From the sequence record MK308676.1: a stretch of DNA of 64,000 nt. One strand, 5' to 3'. The notes under the pieces were generated by a model. The model was not told the DNA's origin and searched no databases. It worked only from the letters and a program-made list of their open reading frames with translations. Positions 9,332 through 18,454 of this stretch are shown here, in pieces. A program made the position numbers and the translations under genes. Numbering within the stretch: position 1 is the first letter of the stretch; each line of letters opens with the position of its first letter.

Positions 9332-10936
9332 TTAAGACAAGTCCCTGATGTTCTGACGCCACGGTTCGAATTCATCTCGGAAGATGAAACGTCCTTCGTT
9401 GTCAACTGGAGTAAATGGATTCAAAGAACCACGTCCCGACGGAGATGCCTTCGTAATGAATGCCCAGCTACAACAGTCAATCATACTGTCGTGCAGTTCA
9501 AACATTGGGTCGGTCATTTCTGAGGACTTCGACTTACCACCACTGCGAGAAGGAATGTGAACAACACGGCCAATCTTAAATAGCTTCTGGTCGGTTGTAG
9601 ATTCAATTACCTGAATCTCTGGATGTCCCGAAGCGATTGTCATCATAATCTTCGGTTTCCATTCACGGTCTAGCTGTCGGTCAATATTGTCTGGTTTCAG
9701 TCTCGCTTTAGCTTGACGCTGAATCGAGAACATGATGTTGAACAACATAGAGCGCACCGGGTACATGACTTCTTCTACAACAGACAGTCGCTTGTTACGC
9801 ATATCTGCAACATTGTTAGAGATTGTCATGTTAGAGAAGTTCGCCATAATGAAGAAGAACAATTCGTTAATCTCCTGCACTTCGATGTTCTGAGCACGTA
9901 GCTTGCGCTGCACTGAACGGTCTAGGTACTGGTGAATTGAATCTAGGTGTTCTTCGACATGTTTGATGGCGTCACGTTCTTCAACTGTTTTCCAGATGAA
10001 TCGAGAAAGCACACGCTTCCACATGAACGGGTCATCAAACTCAGTATAGTCGTAGAACTCTTCTACCCCACACATATCGGTAATATAGAAGATAGAACCG
10101 ATTGCACTCTTAAGAACGCGGTTATTGTAGTCTTCGCGAGGAATCGCTACGCGTAGCCGAGGTGGCTCATATGAACCAGCCGCAATACGACTGCGTGGTC
10201 GCGTACCTGCTGAACTACAGATTACCCATTCACTTTCAGGGAAGTCGACATCGTTTATGGTATCGTCCGTACCGTAAATGATTTCCGTGTTAAAGTAACG
10301 ACGGAATGTCTCAGATAAACCGTGTTCTGCTAGAATGTAGTTTAGTATCTGAGGATGTCGAGTCTTAGGGGCTTCATTCTTTTTGGAATGATGGAGTTTA
10401 GCCCAGTAGTAGTCAATGCTTTCAGTACAGCCATCTGCCAGATAGTAGAACGCTTGACGGTTGAATGTCAGGCGAGCACGTGTAACCGGCATAAAGATGG
10501 AACCGTCTTCAATGGAGAAGAGATGGTCTGTTAAGGTTGGTACCGTATGGTAACGAGAATCGCGCAATAGGAAACAACCATGGCTATCGAAGTATGGTAT
10601 TTCCAAGAAACGCGTCTTAAGCGGACGCCCTTCGAACTTCAGTAAGACTTTAATCATGCGATAGTCATTACGTGCAATTTCAAAGGTGCGTTTATTGCTC
10701 ATTGGTCTCGTATGTTCTGCTAGTCGCTCATAAGGAGTAACCGGCAACCAACCTGCATAAGTAATGCCCGTACCAGATGCCTCTAATGTACGGGACCAAA
10801 TACGTAAGACTTCGTGAACGTAATTCACAAACTTCTTACTCTCTTCTCCTGCAAAGCCTTGAACCACTTTCTGTTCGAACTGCGGCATTACTTCATCCAT
10901 TAGGTCAAGTAAGTCCGGGTCGATTTGTTCAATCAT
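9332..10936 (-). CDS. Non-virion RNA polymerase beta subunit, N-terminal part (phiKZ gp123-like)
   Basis: 534 aa; LEIPYFDSHGCFLLRDSRYH and ITKASPSGRGSLNPF segments typical of this split beta subunit; lies near the capsid gene. Confidence 0.8.
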   Translation of the reverse strand: MIEQIDPDLLDLMDEVMPQFEQKVVQGFAGEESKKFVNYVHEVLRIWSRTLEASGTGITYAGWLPVTPYERLAEHTRPMSNKRTFEIARNDYRMIKVLLKFEGRPLKTRFLEIPYFDSHGCFLLRDSRYHTVPTLTDHLFSIEDGSIFMPVTRARLTFNRQAFYYLADGCTESIDYYWAKLHHSKKNEAPKTRHPQILNYILAEHGLSETFRRYFNTEIIYGTDDTINDVDFPESEWVICSSAGTRPRSRIAAGSYEPPRLRVAIPREDYNNRVLKSAIGSIFYITDMCGVEEFYDYTEFDDPFMWKRVLSRFIWKTVEERDAIKHVEEHLDSIHQYLDRSVQRKLRAQNIEVQEINELFFFIMANFSNMTISNNVADMRNKRLSVVEEVMYPVRSMLFNIMFSIQRQAKARLKPDNIDRQLDREWKPKIMMTIASGHPEIQVIESTTDQKLFKIGRVVHIPSRSGGKSKSSEMTDPMFELHDSMIDCCSWAFITKASPSGRGSLNPFTPVDNEGRFIFRDEFEPWRQNIRDLS

Positions 10937-10993
10937 GGAGTTTCTCCGTTGTCGTGCCTACAGTTGATTTGTGTGTACGGTAAATAAAGTCAA

Positions 10994-12445
10994 CTAATCT
11001 TCTTTACCGACTCCTAGTGCCGTTAGTACAGCGGCGATGCCACCAATAACAATACCAATGAGTGCTTTCTGAACTGCTGCGTTAGTAAAGAATCCTGCAA
11101 CCACGTTAGTGATGTTGCGTAGCTTACCACCCTTACGGTCTTCTTCAGCTTTCTTATACTTAGCCAGTTCCTTCTTAACCTTAAGTAGTTCTGCTTCCAC
11201 TTCCTTTACTTGGTCAAGGTAAACGTTCACGCGTGCTTGGTCTTCTTCATCGAAGTAGTTGAGAGCGTCCTCTCGTCTTTCGAAGAATGGAAGATGCCAT
11301 TTAGCTCCGTCCTGCGCATTTACCATGATGCCTTTCTTAAGAAGTTGAGAAACATCTTCTACGCCAGAGAGAATCTCCTCGCCATATCCGTCATAAGTGT
11401 AAACCATGGCCATAGTGCTATCGTACGCCTCAGCATCGGTGCAATTCACTTTAGTAACGTGTTTGCCTATGCGAACGTAAACAGAGCCTGAGGAGCCCAC
11501 ACGCTTCGGAATGATAATCTTAATGCCTGTACGGGCCATATAGTTATCTGCTTCCGGGGATGCAAAGCTGAGAGCTTTATTGATAGCGTCTTGGTCGAAG
11601 GAGAAAGTAAGTCCGTGCTCTGGAACAAAATAGCCTTGGTGGGAGTACTTAACCAATCTAGGACTGATTGTGCTCCACAGTACGCAAGGCTTACGCTGAG
11701 AAAGAAGTTCTTCTGCTGTAGCGAATTCACTTTCTTCTTTTAAGTCGAAGTTAAAGTCTAGCAGTTCCTTATTTCTTGACGTACGAGCTTGATGGTCAAC
11801 TACACGAGAGAAACTAATGTCAGAATAGTTAGGGCCCTTCTCTAGAGTATCCTGGAATAGGAAGTCTAGGATGAACACTTCTTTTTCATCATGACGCAAT
11901 GCGTAAGTTAAAGAGTTCTTAGCATCGATTGCGTTTGCTTCACTGACAAAGTTATTGATTGCCTGTAGTTTGATATCCATCTCCGGATTGTCGATTACGT
12001 TAAAGGTTTCTGTAATCGTAACCCAGTCTTCGGACGTTACTCCCTCCCATCCCGCAGTCTCATATTGATGTCTGTGGTCACTATGAGGATTATGCCAATC
12101 GGAACGTTTTAGTTCACGGAATGGTTTTAAACGGATTGAATATTTACGACGAGACTTAGCAAAGTTAGTTACATCGTCTTCCCACTTATTGTGGACGCCT
12201 AATGCGTGATACAGCTGCTTAAGTATTCCCTCTCTATGTTTATCGTCTAAAGGTTTAATCTTCTCTACGATGCCGTCTGCGCGTGTTACGTAGATTGTTT
12301 TCTTAGTGTTGTTGATGATTGTCTTGCCAGAAACCTTAGGTGCGCCGAAGCCACCCTCAGGCCAACGTCGAATCTGGCAGACACTTAGTGAACGGCGGTA
12401 GATTGCCGGGATATCTTTGCGAGATATCATGTCATGTTGCATCAT
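10994..12445 (-). CDS. Hypothetical protein with C-terminal coiled coil and terminal hydrophobic helix
   Basis: GGAGGT RBS before ATG 12445; ends ALIGIVIGGIAAVLTALGVGKED. Confidence 0.65.
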   Translation of the reverse strand: MMQHDMISRKDIPAIYRRSLSVCQIRRWPEGGFGAPKVSGKTIINNTKKTIYVTRADGIVEKIKPLDDKHREGILKQLYHALGVHNKWEDDVTNFAKSRRKYSIRLKPFRELKRSDWHNPHSDHRHQYETAGWEGVTSEDWVTITETFNVIDNPEMDIKLQAINNFVSEANAIDAKNSLTYALRHDEKEVFILDFLFQDTLEKGPNYSDISFSRVVDHQARTSRNKELLDFNFDLKEESEFATAEELLSQRKPCVLWSTISPRLVKYSHQGYFVPEHGLTFSFDQDAINKALSFASPEADNYMARTGIKIIIPKRVGSSGSVYVRIGKHVTKVNCTDAEAYDSTMAMVYTYDGYGEEILSGVEDVSQLLKKGIMVNAQDGAKWHLPFFERREDALNYFDEEDQARVNVYLDQVKEVEAELLKVKKELAKYKKAEEDRKGGKLRNITNVVAGFFTNAAVQKALIGIVIGGIAAVLTALGVGKED

Positions 12446-12579
12446 GGTTATTACCTCCATCGCTTCCCCCGTGCACTGAGGAAGGACACCAGAATGTCTT
12501 ATAGCGAAATAAGCTTAAGCAAACGTACTTTGCTTATAAACATTCTAAAGTGAAAAAGAAAAAGTGGGTTATAGTGGTT

Positions 12580-12605
12580 TAGTCCTCATCCGAAGATAAG
12601 GACTA
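12580..12605. terminator. Terminator hairpin after the 119-aa gene
   Basis: tagtcct...aggacta stem with cTTCGg loop on the minus strand. Confidence 0.6.
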
Positions 12606-12613
12606 GGGTTTTT

Positions 12614-12973
12614 TTAAATCGGCAGTTGATAAGTATTACCGCGAGTAGTCTTAACCGTTGCTCGTGAGCCCGCAGGCGATAGTTCCAGAAGAACATCGTA
12701 GACGTTAGTCTTTACAAAGCCGGCAAGTTTTTGACTTCGCGAGATTTTCTCGCCAAGGTCAAGTGTAGCTAACGTTTCGTCGGTTGCAAAGCAAGTGTCG
12801 ATATTAGATACTTTGTCGAGTATCCATACGCCATTAGGGATGTTGTAGTATAACTTCATTGTTATGGTATGAATCATGGCGTGGCTTACCATACGCTGAA
12901 GACGCGGGCCCATATCGTTAATGAGGGCCGTTACTTGCTCGCGTTCAAGTTGGTCTAAAATAGAATCTTCCAT
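12614..12973 (-). CDS. Hypothetical protein, probable early gene
   Basis: 119 aa; own early-promoter motif about 40 nt upstream; own terminator. Confidence 0.65.
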   Translation of the reverse strand: MEDSILDQLEREQVTALINDMGPRLQRMVSHAMIHTITMKLYYNIPNGVWILDKVSNIDTCFATDETLATLDLGEKISRSQKLAGFVKTNVYDVLLELSPAGSRATVKTTRGNTYQLPI

Positions 12974-13010
12974 AAGGTTTACCTTTATTTATTATGAGAA
13001 TATCGTAAAG

Positions 13011-13024
13011 GTAATATAGGTTTT
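13011..13024 (-). promoter_or_regulatory. Early promoter motif AAAACCTATATTAC
   Basis: Exact 14-nt match to the copy at 28-41, oriented into the 119-aa gene. Confidence 0.7.
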
Positions 13025-13053
13025 ACTTTCGTTTGAAATAAAGAGCTTAGAAT

Positions 13054-13081
13054 CCCGCCGACCCCTAATGGAGTCGGCGGG
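13054..13081 (-). terminator. Terminator after major capsid gene
   Basis: cccgccgac...gtcggcggg GC-rich stem followed by a T-rich tract on the minus strand. Confidence 0.7.
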
Positions 13082-13117
13082 CTCTAGGCAACTTTGTTTC
13101 TCTTATACTAAAAGAAA

Positions 13118-15241
13118 TTAGATTTCTTCAGTAAAGATACCATCCAAGTTTAGAACGTCGATGCGCGCTAGGATTGGACAAGTTACAGCGAATTCCTCGC
13201 GAGGCACTACGATTGTTTCGTTAGAAACAGCACCGTTACGAGTTACTTGCGCTTTGTGGATTAGTGAAGGCATGATTGGGTGTACACCGAATGTATGCGC
13301 ATCAGCACCGTCAACACCTGTACGACGTACAGATAGGTAAATCTTACCACGTAGACGGTCATCCAAGCTTGAAGCAATGTGGTAGTTACGGCCGTTACCA
13401 AGAGTACGGTTGTCACCGCTGTTCATTAGTAGGTTCGCAATTTGAGGGTCAGTACCAACAATTACTTCGAAGTTAGCTTGGCTACCAGTGAACATCTCTA
13501 GAGATGCTAGGTAACCTGAGTCTAGTAGCATCTTGTTAGCTAGCATTGTAACACCAGCAGCAAGAGCACCACGTAGCTCGTCCATTGAACGGCTAGAACC
13601 GAAGATTACTGTTTGAGTAACAACGTCTAGTTTACGCTCTAGGAATGTAGGTTTGATACCTGCAAGTGCACCGATAGCTGGTGAACCGTTTAGGATACCA
13701 TCAGTCGCTTGGATTTGCTCTTCTGTTTCTAGAAGTTTAGTAACAGCATCGTTAGAGCTACGTACGCGACGAATCATGTTCACAGCTTCCATTGTAGCCT
13801 GGTTACCAGGTACAGAAGTTGGAGCGATGATAGATAGTGGAGATTGCATGCGAGCAGGGATACGGCCACGGAAAGTATCAGATACGTCGATAACTGTGCC
13901 TAGTTCACGCATGTTTGAGTTGGTACGAGTAGCTTTAGGCTCGTAACCGATACCAGTGATACCAGCGCCGATTGCAGCTTCAAGAGCAGCTTGCTCAGTA
14001 GAACCAACTTGAACCTTACCGTTAACGTAAGCAGCGCCAACTTTAGCACCGTTGAAGTTAAGTTTAAGGTTACCTTGAACGTAAGAGAATAGACCACTTA
14101 CTTCAAGTTCTAGTTTGAATTGCCATGGGTCAGCAGCAGTTACACCAAGTGTAGTTGCAAGACCTAGAGCAGCTTCTAGTTTGTCACCAGCTACAGACTC
14201 GTCTGTAGATTTAACCCATACGTCGCCACGGAACATTACTTGTAGGTCGCGAGTTGAGCCTTCTTGTGTTGCTTGGAATAGAGCACCACGGTGACCGTCT
14301 AGGTTGATAGCTACTACTGCGTTGTTAGAACCGTTAACGATTTTAACGTAGTGGCGACCTAGAGACATTGCTGGGTCAACAGTATCAGTTTCGTCTTGTG
14401 CACCAGCGTTTAGAAGAGCTTCAGAAGTAGAAGCAGCTAGTAGGTCAACGTCTACGCCATATTTAAGAGGACGTACTTCTACGTTTTGACCGCCAAGAGT
14501 TACAGTACGGTTAGGTACATCTGAAGTCGCTACAAGGATACCAGCTTTAGCAGTAGTTGCGATAGGCATGATAGCTGTAGAGTGACCAGCAAGGATGTTG
14601 AAGTCGATTAGCGCGCGAACCGCAGATTGTTTCTGTAGGTCATATGCTGAACCGTTAGCGTTACGTGCTTTCTTAGTGTAGATTAGAGGGTTAGTCACGT
14701 CTACGTCAACACCGTTTTGAGTAGGTGCTAGTACAACTGTACGGAAGAAAGTTTCGCTGAATGGGTTTGATGCTGCCGCTAGTGCGTTAGCTACTACCGC
14801 AGTACCTAGGAAGCCTTCGAATTTGAAGTCGTCGTAGCCTTCCATTGAGATTTCAGTAGAGTCACCGAATACTCGAACGCCTTCACCAGCTTTCTTAGCG
14901 TGGATAACTGCGTCAGTGTAAGCAGCAGGGTCTTGGTATGCTAGAAGCGTAGTAGTCGCTGCGTCCATACCTGCTTGAACACATGGGTGCTCTTCGCTAA
15001 CACCTAGGTGCTTCGCTAGCTCTTCACGTAAACCTTTGTTTACTAGAGCTTCAATTACGCTTGCTTCTGTGTCAGCTAGGCGGATTTGTTTGTCGCCGCC
15101 AAAATCTAGGCTTTCGAAACCAACGATGTTTTGTACTGTGTCAGTACCCAGTTGAAACTCTTCCAGTTTGTGTGATGCATCGATTGCATCTGCGATACGA
15201 CTGAAAGGGGTTTGACCGCGTTTCTTGTCAAAAATAGCCAT
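13118..15241 (-). CDS. Major capsid protein (phiKZ gp120-like)
   Basis: 707 aa; strongly biased high-expression codons; EISMEG maturation site; located between the gp123-like and DnaB genes. Confidence 0.85.
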   Translation of the reverse strand: MAIFDKKRGQTPFSRIADAIDASHKLEEFQLGTDTVQNIVGFESLDFGGDKQIRLADTEASVIEALVNKGLREELAKHLGVSEEHPCVQAGMDAATTTLLAYQDPAAYTDAVIHAKKAGEGVRVFGDSTEISMEGYDDFKFEGFLGTAVVANALAAASNPFSETFFRTVVLAPTQNGVDVDVTNPLIYTKKARNANGSAYDLQKQSAVRALIDFNILAGHSTAIMPIATTAKAGILVATSDVPNRTVTLGGQNVEVRPLKYGVDVDLLAASTSEALLNAGAQDETDTVDPAMSLGRHYVKIVNGSNNAVVAINLDGHRGALFQATQEGSTRDLQVMFRGDVWVKSTDESVAGDKLEAALGLATTLGVTAADPWQFKLELEVSGLFSYVQGNLKLNFNGAKVGAAYVNGKVQVGSTEQAALEAAIGAGITGIGYEPKATRTNSNMRELGTVIDVSDTFRGRIPARMQSPLSIIAPTSVPGNQATMEAVNMIRRVRSSNDAVTKLLETEEQIQATDGILNGSPAIGALAGIKPTFLERKLDVVTQTVIFGSSRSMDELRGALAAGVTMLANKMLLDSGYLASLEMFTGSQANFEVIVGTDPQIANLLMNSGDNRTLGNGRNYHIASSLDDRLRGKIYLSVRRTGVDGADAHTFGVHPIMPSLIHKAQVTRNGAVSNETIVVPREEFAVTCPILARIDVLNLDGIFTEEI

Positions 15242-15291
15242 TTTAATTTATCTCCAGCTAGAGTTCGATAAAGTTTGTCTTTAAAAGACTG

Positions 15292-15795
15292 TTAACAATT
15301 CTTTAAATAGGTTCGCCATACTGGTGTTTGCATTACTGCGTCCAGATTAGGCAGGATATAAGAGAGAGCATTAAGTGCATTCTCAAGTGTACCCTTTTCG
15401 TTCGTTTCGTCTTCGAAGAAGACCAAGCATCCGTCAGCGCTTGCTACACAATTAAGCTTACGGAGTCGCTGGTTAGTTTCTTGAGGACTGACGCTGCCTT
15501 CACGCATGAAGACATCCCAAGCTTCGTCATCGTCCATTCGAACAGGATGAGGGTCGTCGTCACTAAAGAAAGATTTCGTTGTAAAGCCCATGTTAGAGAA
15601 TAGACTGTTACGTATCATTCGGTCTGTTTGAAATCTGATTAGTGCGACGTCTCGATATTCCAAGACATCTGCTAGGTTGGTCAAGCCTTCACTACCATCC
15701 AACTTAATGCCGTATGCCTTTAAGGCTTCGACGAAGGTCTGGTTAAGAAAGACAACATTCATAAGATATTTTCCTTTGGAAAGAAAAAAGCCCAT
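15292..15795 (-). CDS. Conserved protein upstream of capsid gene (phiKZ gp119-like)
   Basis: 167 aa; synteny. Confidence 0.5.
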   Translation of the reverse strand: MGFFLSKGKYLMNVVFLNQTFVEALKAYGIKLDGSEGLTNLADVLEYRDVALIRFQTDRMIRNSLFSNMGFTTKSFFSDDDPHPVRMDDDEAWDVFMREGSVSPQETNQRLRKLNCVASADGCLVFFEDETNEKGTLENALNALSYILPNLDAVMQTPVWRTYLKNC

Positions 15796-15912
15796 TTTCC
15801 CTACACTATTAGTTTATTTTAACATATGTCGTATTTTTTAGCCTGTGAAAAAATAGACGCAGTCAAAATACGATAGTTAAAACTTTACTAAAGTATTATT
15901 AGGAAAACAGAA

Positions 15913-17490
15913 ATGATTAATGAAAGTCCAAACCTAGTATTGGTTAAGGCAATAGTCGGTGAGTTTATTAACCGCACCTTGCCGCAGCCAAATGGTAAGC
16001 TTGAGACTGTCACGGATAAAGCACTGGCATTAGTTAAGATGCCTGCTGATACCATGGGCGACGGAAGCGAAGGAGAAATCGCTCACGCCCTCCGCACGAC
16101 ATTAGACTGGCTACGTACCCTACCAGAAGAAACTACTGTTAACCCAGTCGACTTAGTAGAGCGCGTGCGCATGAACTGCGCTTTCGGCTCTGACTATATA
16201 GATTCGCTAGAACGCCAGATAATCTTAGAGGACGATGCCTTTAAGAACGGTGAGCGAGTCAAGACTATTATTTCCGAATTGCAGTTCGCGTTGCGCAATC
16301 AGGAATTCTCCCAACTATTTAAAGACGCAAACAAACAAGTTAACTTTAATCGCGATGGTATTAATATTCGTGAGTTCGCTAAGCAGTTCACAGAGAACCT
16401 TCGTGAGTTTGAAAACGATGACCAATCTGCCGAGAAGGCTGGCTTTGGTGGCGGTCTTTCTACGGAAGACCTAGATAGCGTTGTAGAAGCACTACGTAAG
16501 TCTCAAGAGTACGTTTCCTCAGAAGGTGCTCTGAAAACAGGCCTTAAAGGTCTTAACAAGCTATTAGGCGGTAATGGCTACCGTCGAGGCGAGCAATTCA
16601 ACTATGGCGCGCTGACGCATAACTATAAGTCCGGTATCCTACTAGACCACTGTCGTTGGTTCTGTCGTCACAATACTCCTCACTTGTTAGACAAGAACAT
16701 GAAGCCGATGATTCTGCGTATCTCTTTCGAGAACAAACCAGAGCAGGACATCCCTCTTATGTACCGTTCTCTATGGGAGCAGGAGAACCAGAAGAAAGTA
16801 GACTTTGCTAAAGTCGACCCGCAGAAAGCCGCTAAGTACATCATCGACCGAATGAGCGCTACCGGCTTTGCTTTCGACATGAAGTGTTATGACCCGAACC
16901 AATTTGACGTTTGGGACTTAATCGATGTTCTTGCACAGTACGAGGCTAAAGGTTATGAAATCGCCGCAGTTATCATTGACTACCCTGAACTCATCACTAA
17001 GAAGTACACAGGTAAGTCAGCTAAGCGTACCGACGAAATCATCACGTATACTTTCGAAGTTCTACGCAACCATTGCTTCCCTCGAGGCATCACGCAAATT
17101 ACAGCGCACCAGCTTTCTACAGAAGCGCAGAAGCTAGCACGTGAAGGTACGTCTAACTTTGCTAAGAAAGTAGCGACTGGTTCGTACTACATGGGCTGCC
17201 AATCACTGGCAACGAAACTTGACGGCGAATGTATCTTACACATCCATAAAATCGGAGAAGAGTCTTTCCTTACCTTCGCTAGGGGAAAACACAGAGGTGG
17301 TGACCAGACCCCTATCAAACATCGCTCAATGGCGTACAAGTTTGAAGAGTTCGGCGGCATCTGTGACGACCTAGACGATGAGAGTGCTGACGGTAAAGCA
17401 CTTTACAGCTTCGCCGGTATCGATGGCGGCCATACTGAAGACGGCAGTGGAGACACTGGAGGTATGGTGATAGACTCGTCTGACTGGTAA
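15913..17490 (+). CDS. dnaB: DnaB-like replicative helicase (phiKZ gp118-like)
   Basis: Walker A variant GALTHNYKS; ISFEN; VIIDY Walker B; ITAHQLS; ARGKHRG arginine-finger region. Confidence 0.85.
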   Translation: MINESPNLVLVKAIVGEFINRTLPQPNGKLETVTDKALALVKMPADTMGDGSEGEIAHALRTTLDWLRTLPEETTVNPVDLVERVRMNCAFGSDYIDSLERQIILEDDAFKNGERVKTIISELQFALRNQEFSQLFKDANKQVNFNRDGINIREFAKQFTENLREFENDDQSAEKAGFGGGLSTEDLDSVVEALRKSQEYVSSEGALKTGLKGLNKLLGGNGYRRGEQFNYGALTHNYKSGILLDHCRWFCRHNTPHLLDKNMKPMILRISFENKPEQDIPLMYRSLWEQENQKKVDFAKVDPQKAAKYIIDRMSATGFAFDMKCYDPNQFDVWDLIDVLAQYEAKGYEIAAVIIDYPELITKKYTGKSAKRTDEIITYTFEVLRNHCFPRGITQITAHQLSTEAQKLAREGTSNFAKKVATGSYYMGCQSLATKLDGECILHIHKIGEESFLTFARGKHRGGDQTPIKHRSMAYKFEEFGGICDDLDDESADGKALYSFAGIDGGHTEDGSGDTGGMVIDSSDW

Positions 17491-17506
17491 TCAAAAAAAA
17501 AAATAA

Positions 17507-17525
17507 GGGGGCGTTAGAGTCCCCC
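17507..17525. terminator. Hairpin with upstream A11 tract
   Basis: ggggg...ccccc stem after the helicase stop. Confidence 0.5.
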
Positions 17526-17585
17526 ATTGGAGAAACGAACCACGCGACGCCTTATCGCATCGGGATTCTTTTAAGGAGCTTTCCC

Positions 17586-17834
17586 ATGGACACATGTCCT
17601 TCTATTAATCATATTGACAATTCTGAATTTGAAGGTCTTCAAGAAGCCTCAGCTGAAGAAGTAAGTCTGTTTCAAATCTTAGATAACATCTCCACACTAG
17701 GAGACGTTCATAGGCCACGTGACGAAAAGAGCATGGCACAATATATTGCTGCGGTGCAAGGCGAGTTACGTAAAGTAAGTAAAACACATATAAGCGATGG
17801 CCATAAGGTATATCGCGTAGAACAGGAAAAGTAA
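17586..17834 (+). CDS. Hypothetical protein
   Basis: 82 aa; AAGGAG RBS. Confidence 0.6.
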   Translation: MDTCPSINHIDNSEFEGLQEASAEEVSLFQILDNISTLGDVHRPRDEKSMAQYIAAVQGELRKVSKTHISDGHKVYRVEQEK

Positions 17835-17838
17835 AGTT

Positions 17839-18078
17839 ATGTTAATTGCAATTTTTGGTCGTCCTAACTGCCCGTACTGTGATAAGGCAAAGGCCCTAGC
17901 TGAAGAACTAACGTCACAGGGTCACAGCTACATCTATAAGGACATTCAAAAAGAAAACATCTCTAAGGCTGAACTAGCACGTATCTGCGATAAGCCAGTA
18001 GAAACCGTCCCACAGATTTTCGTTAATGGTCAGCACATTGGTGGCTATACGGAAATGGAAGCTAAATTCAAAAGCTAA
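17839..18078 (+). CDS. grxA: Glutaredoxin (GrxA-like)
   Basis: IFGRPNCPYC active site; TVPQIFV and IGGY motifs. Confidence 0.95.
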   Translation: MLIAIFGRPNCPYCDKAKALAEELTSQGHSYIYKDIQKENISKAELARICDKPVETVPQIFVNGQHIGGYTEMEAKFKS

Positions 18079-18139
18079 AAAAAAAAATAGCTTTGCTAAT
18101 AGTTTAGAGGAGGCTGTTAACCTCCTCCTTTTCGAGTGG

Positions 18140-18289
18140 TTACAAATCCGTCCTTTCTATACGTCTGTTGTGTTGAAGTTGAGCGAAGAAAAGTCGAGTT
18201 TTAACTTGCTCATGGGACATTTCTGTACCGTCGGAATTCCAGAAACCTCGTTTTGGTTCTGGTCTTTGTGTCTTCGATGCTGTTTGCAT
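18140..18289 (-). CDS. Small hypothetical protein (49 aa)
   Basis: AAAAGGAG RBS before ATG 18289 inside the 88-aa track ORF. Confidence 0.55.
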   Translation of the reverse strand: MQTASKTQRPEPKRGFWNSDGTEMSHEQVKTRLFFAQLQHNRRIERTDL

Positions 18290-18418
18290 TGGTTGACTCC
18301 TTTTGTTCATCGCAGCCGGTGGTGACGGATGTGATGATTGGATTGATGCAGGATTGCAATAAGGCCATATAGGTCTTAAAACATCAACAAAGTCAATAGA
18401 AGACACAGTATAAAGATA

Positions 18419-18448
18419 TACTCCTACTCCTTTCGAGGAGTAGGAGTA
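18419..18448. terminator. Long TTCG hairpin, variant of the repeated 29-bp hairpin
   Basis: tactcctactcct-ttcg-aggagtaggagta, 13-bp perfect stem. Confidence 0.75.
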
Positions 18449-18454
18449 TTCTTT

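Noticed and set aside
12461-12613. Possible plus-strand small RNA ending in hairpin plus T7
   Set aside because: A-tract-then-hairpin after stop codons recurs at several genes, so it is explained as a bidirectional terminator
15913-17490. Non-canonical Walker A (GALTHNYKS) in the helicase
   Set aside because: Similar variants are recalled from phiKZ-family DnaB homologs; not novel
17738-17752. TATATTGC upstream of glutaredoxin
   Set aside because: Lacks the ACC prefix of the promoter set and lies inside a CDS; likely chance
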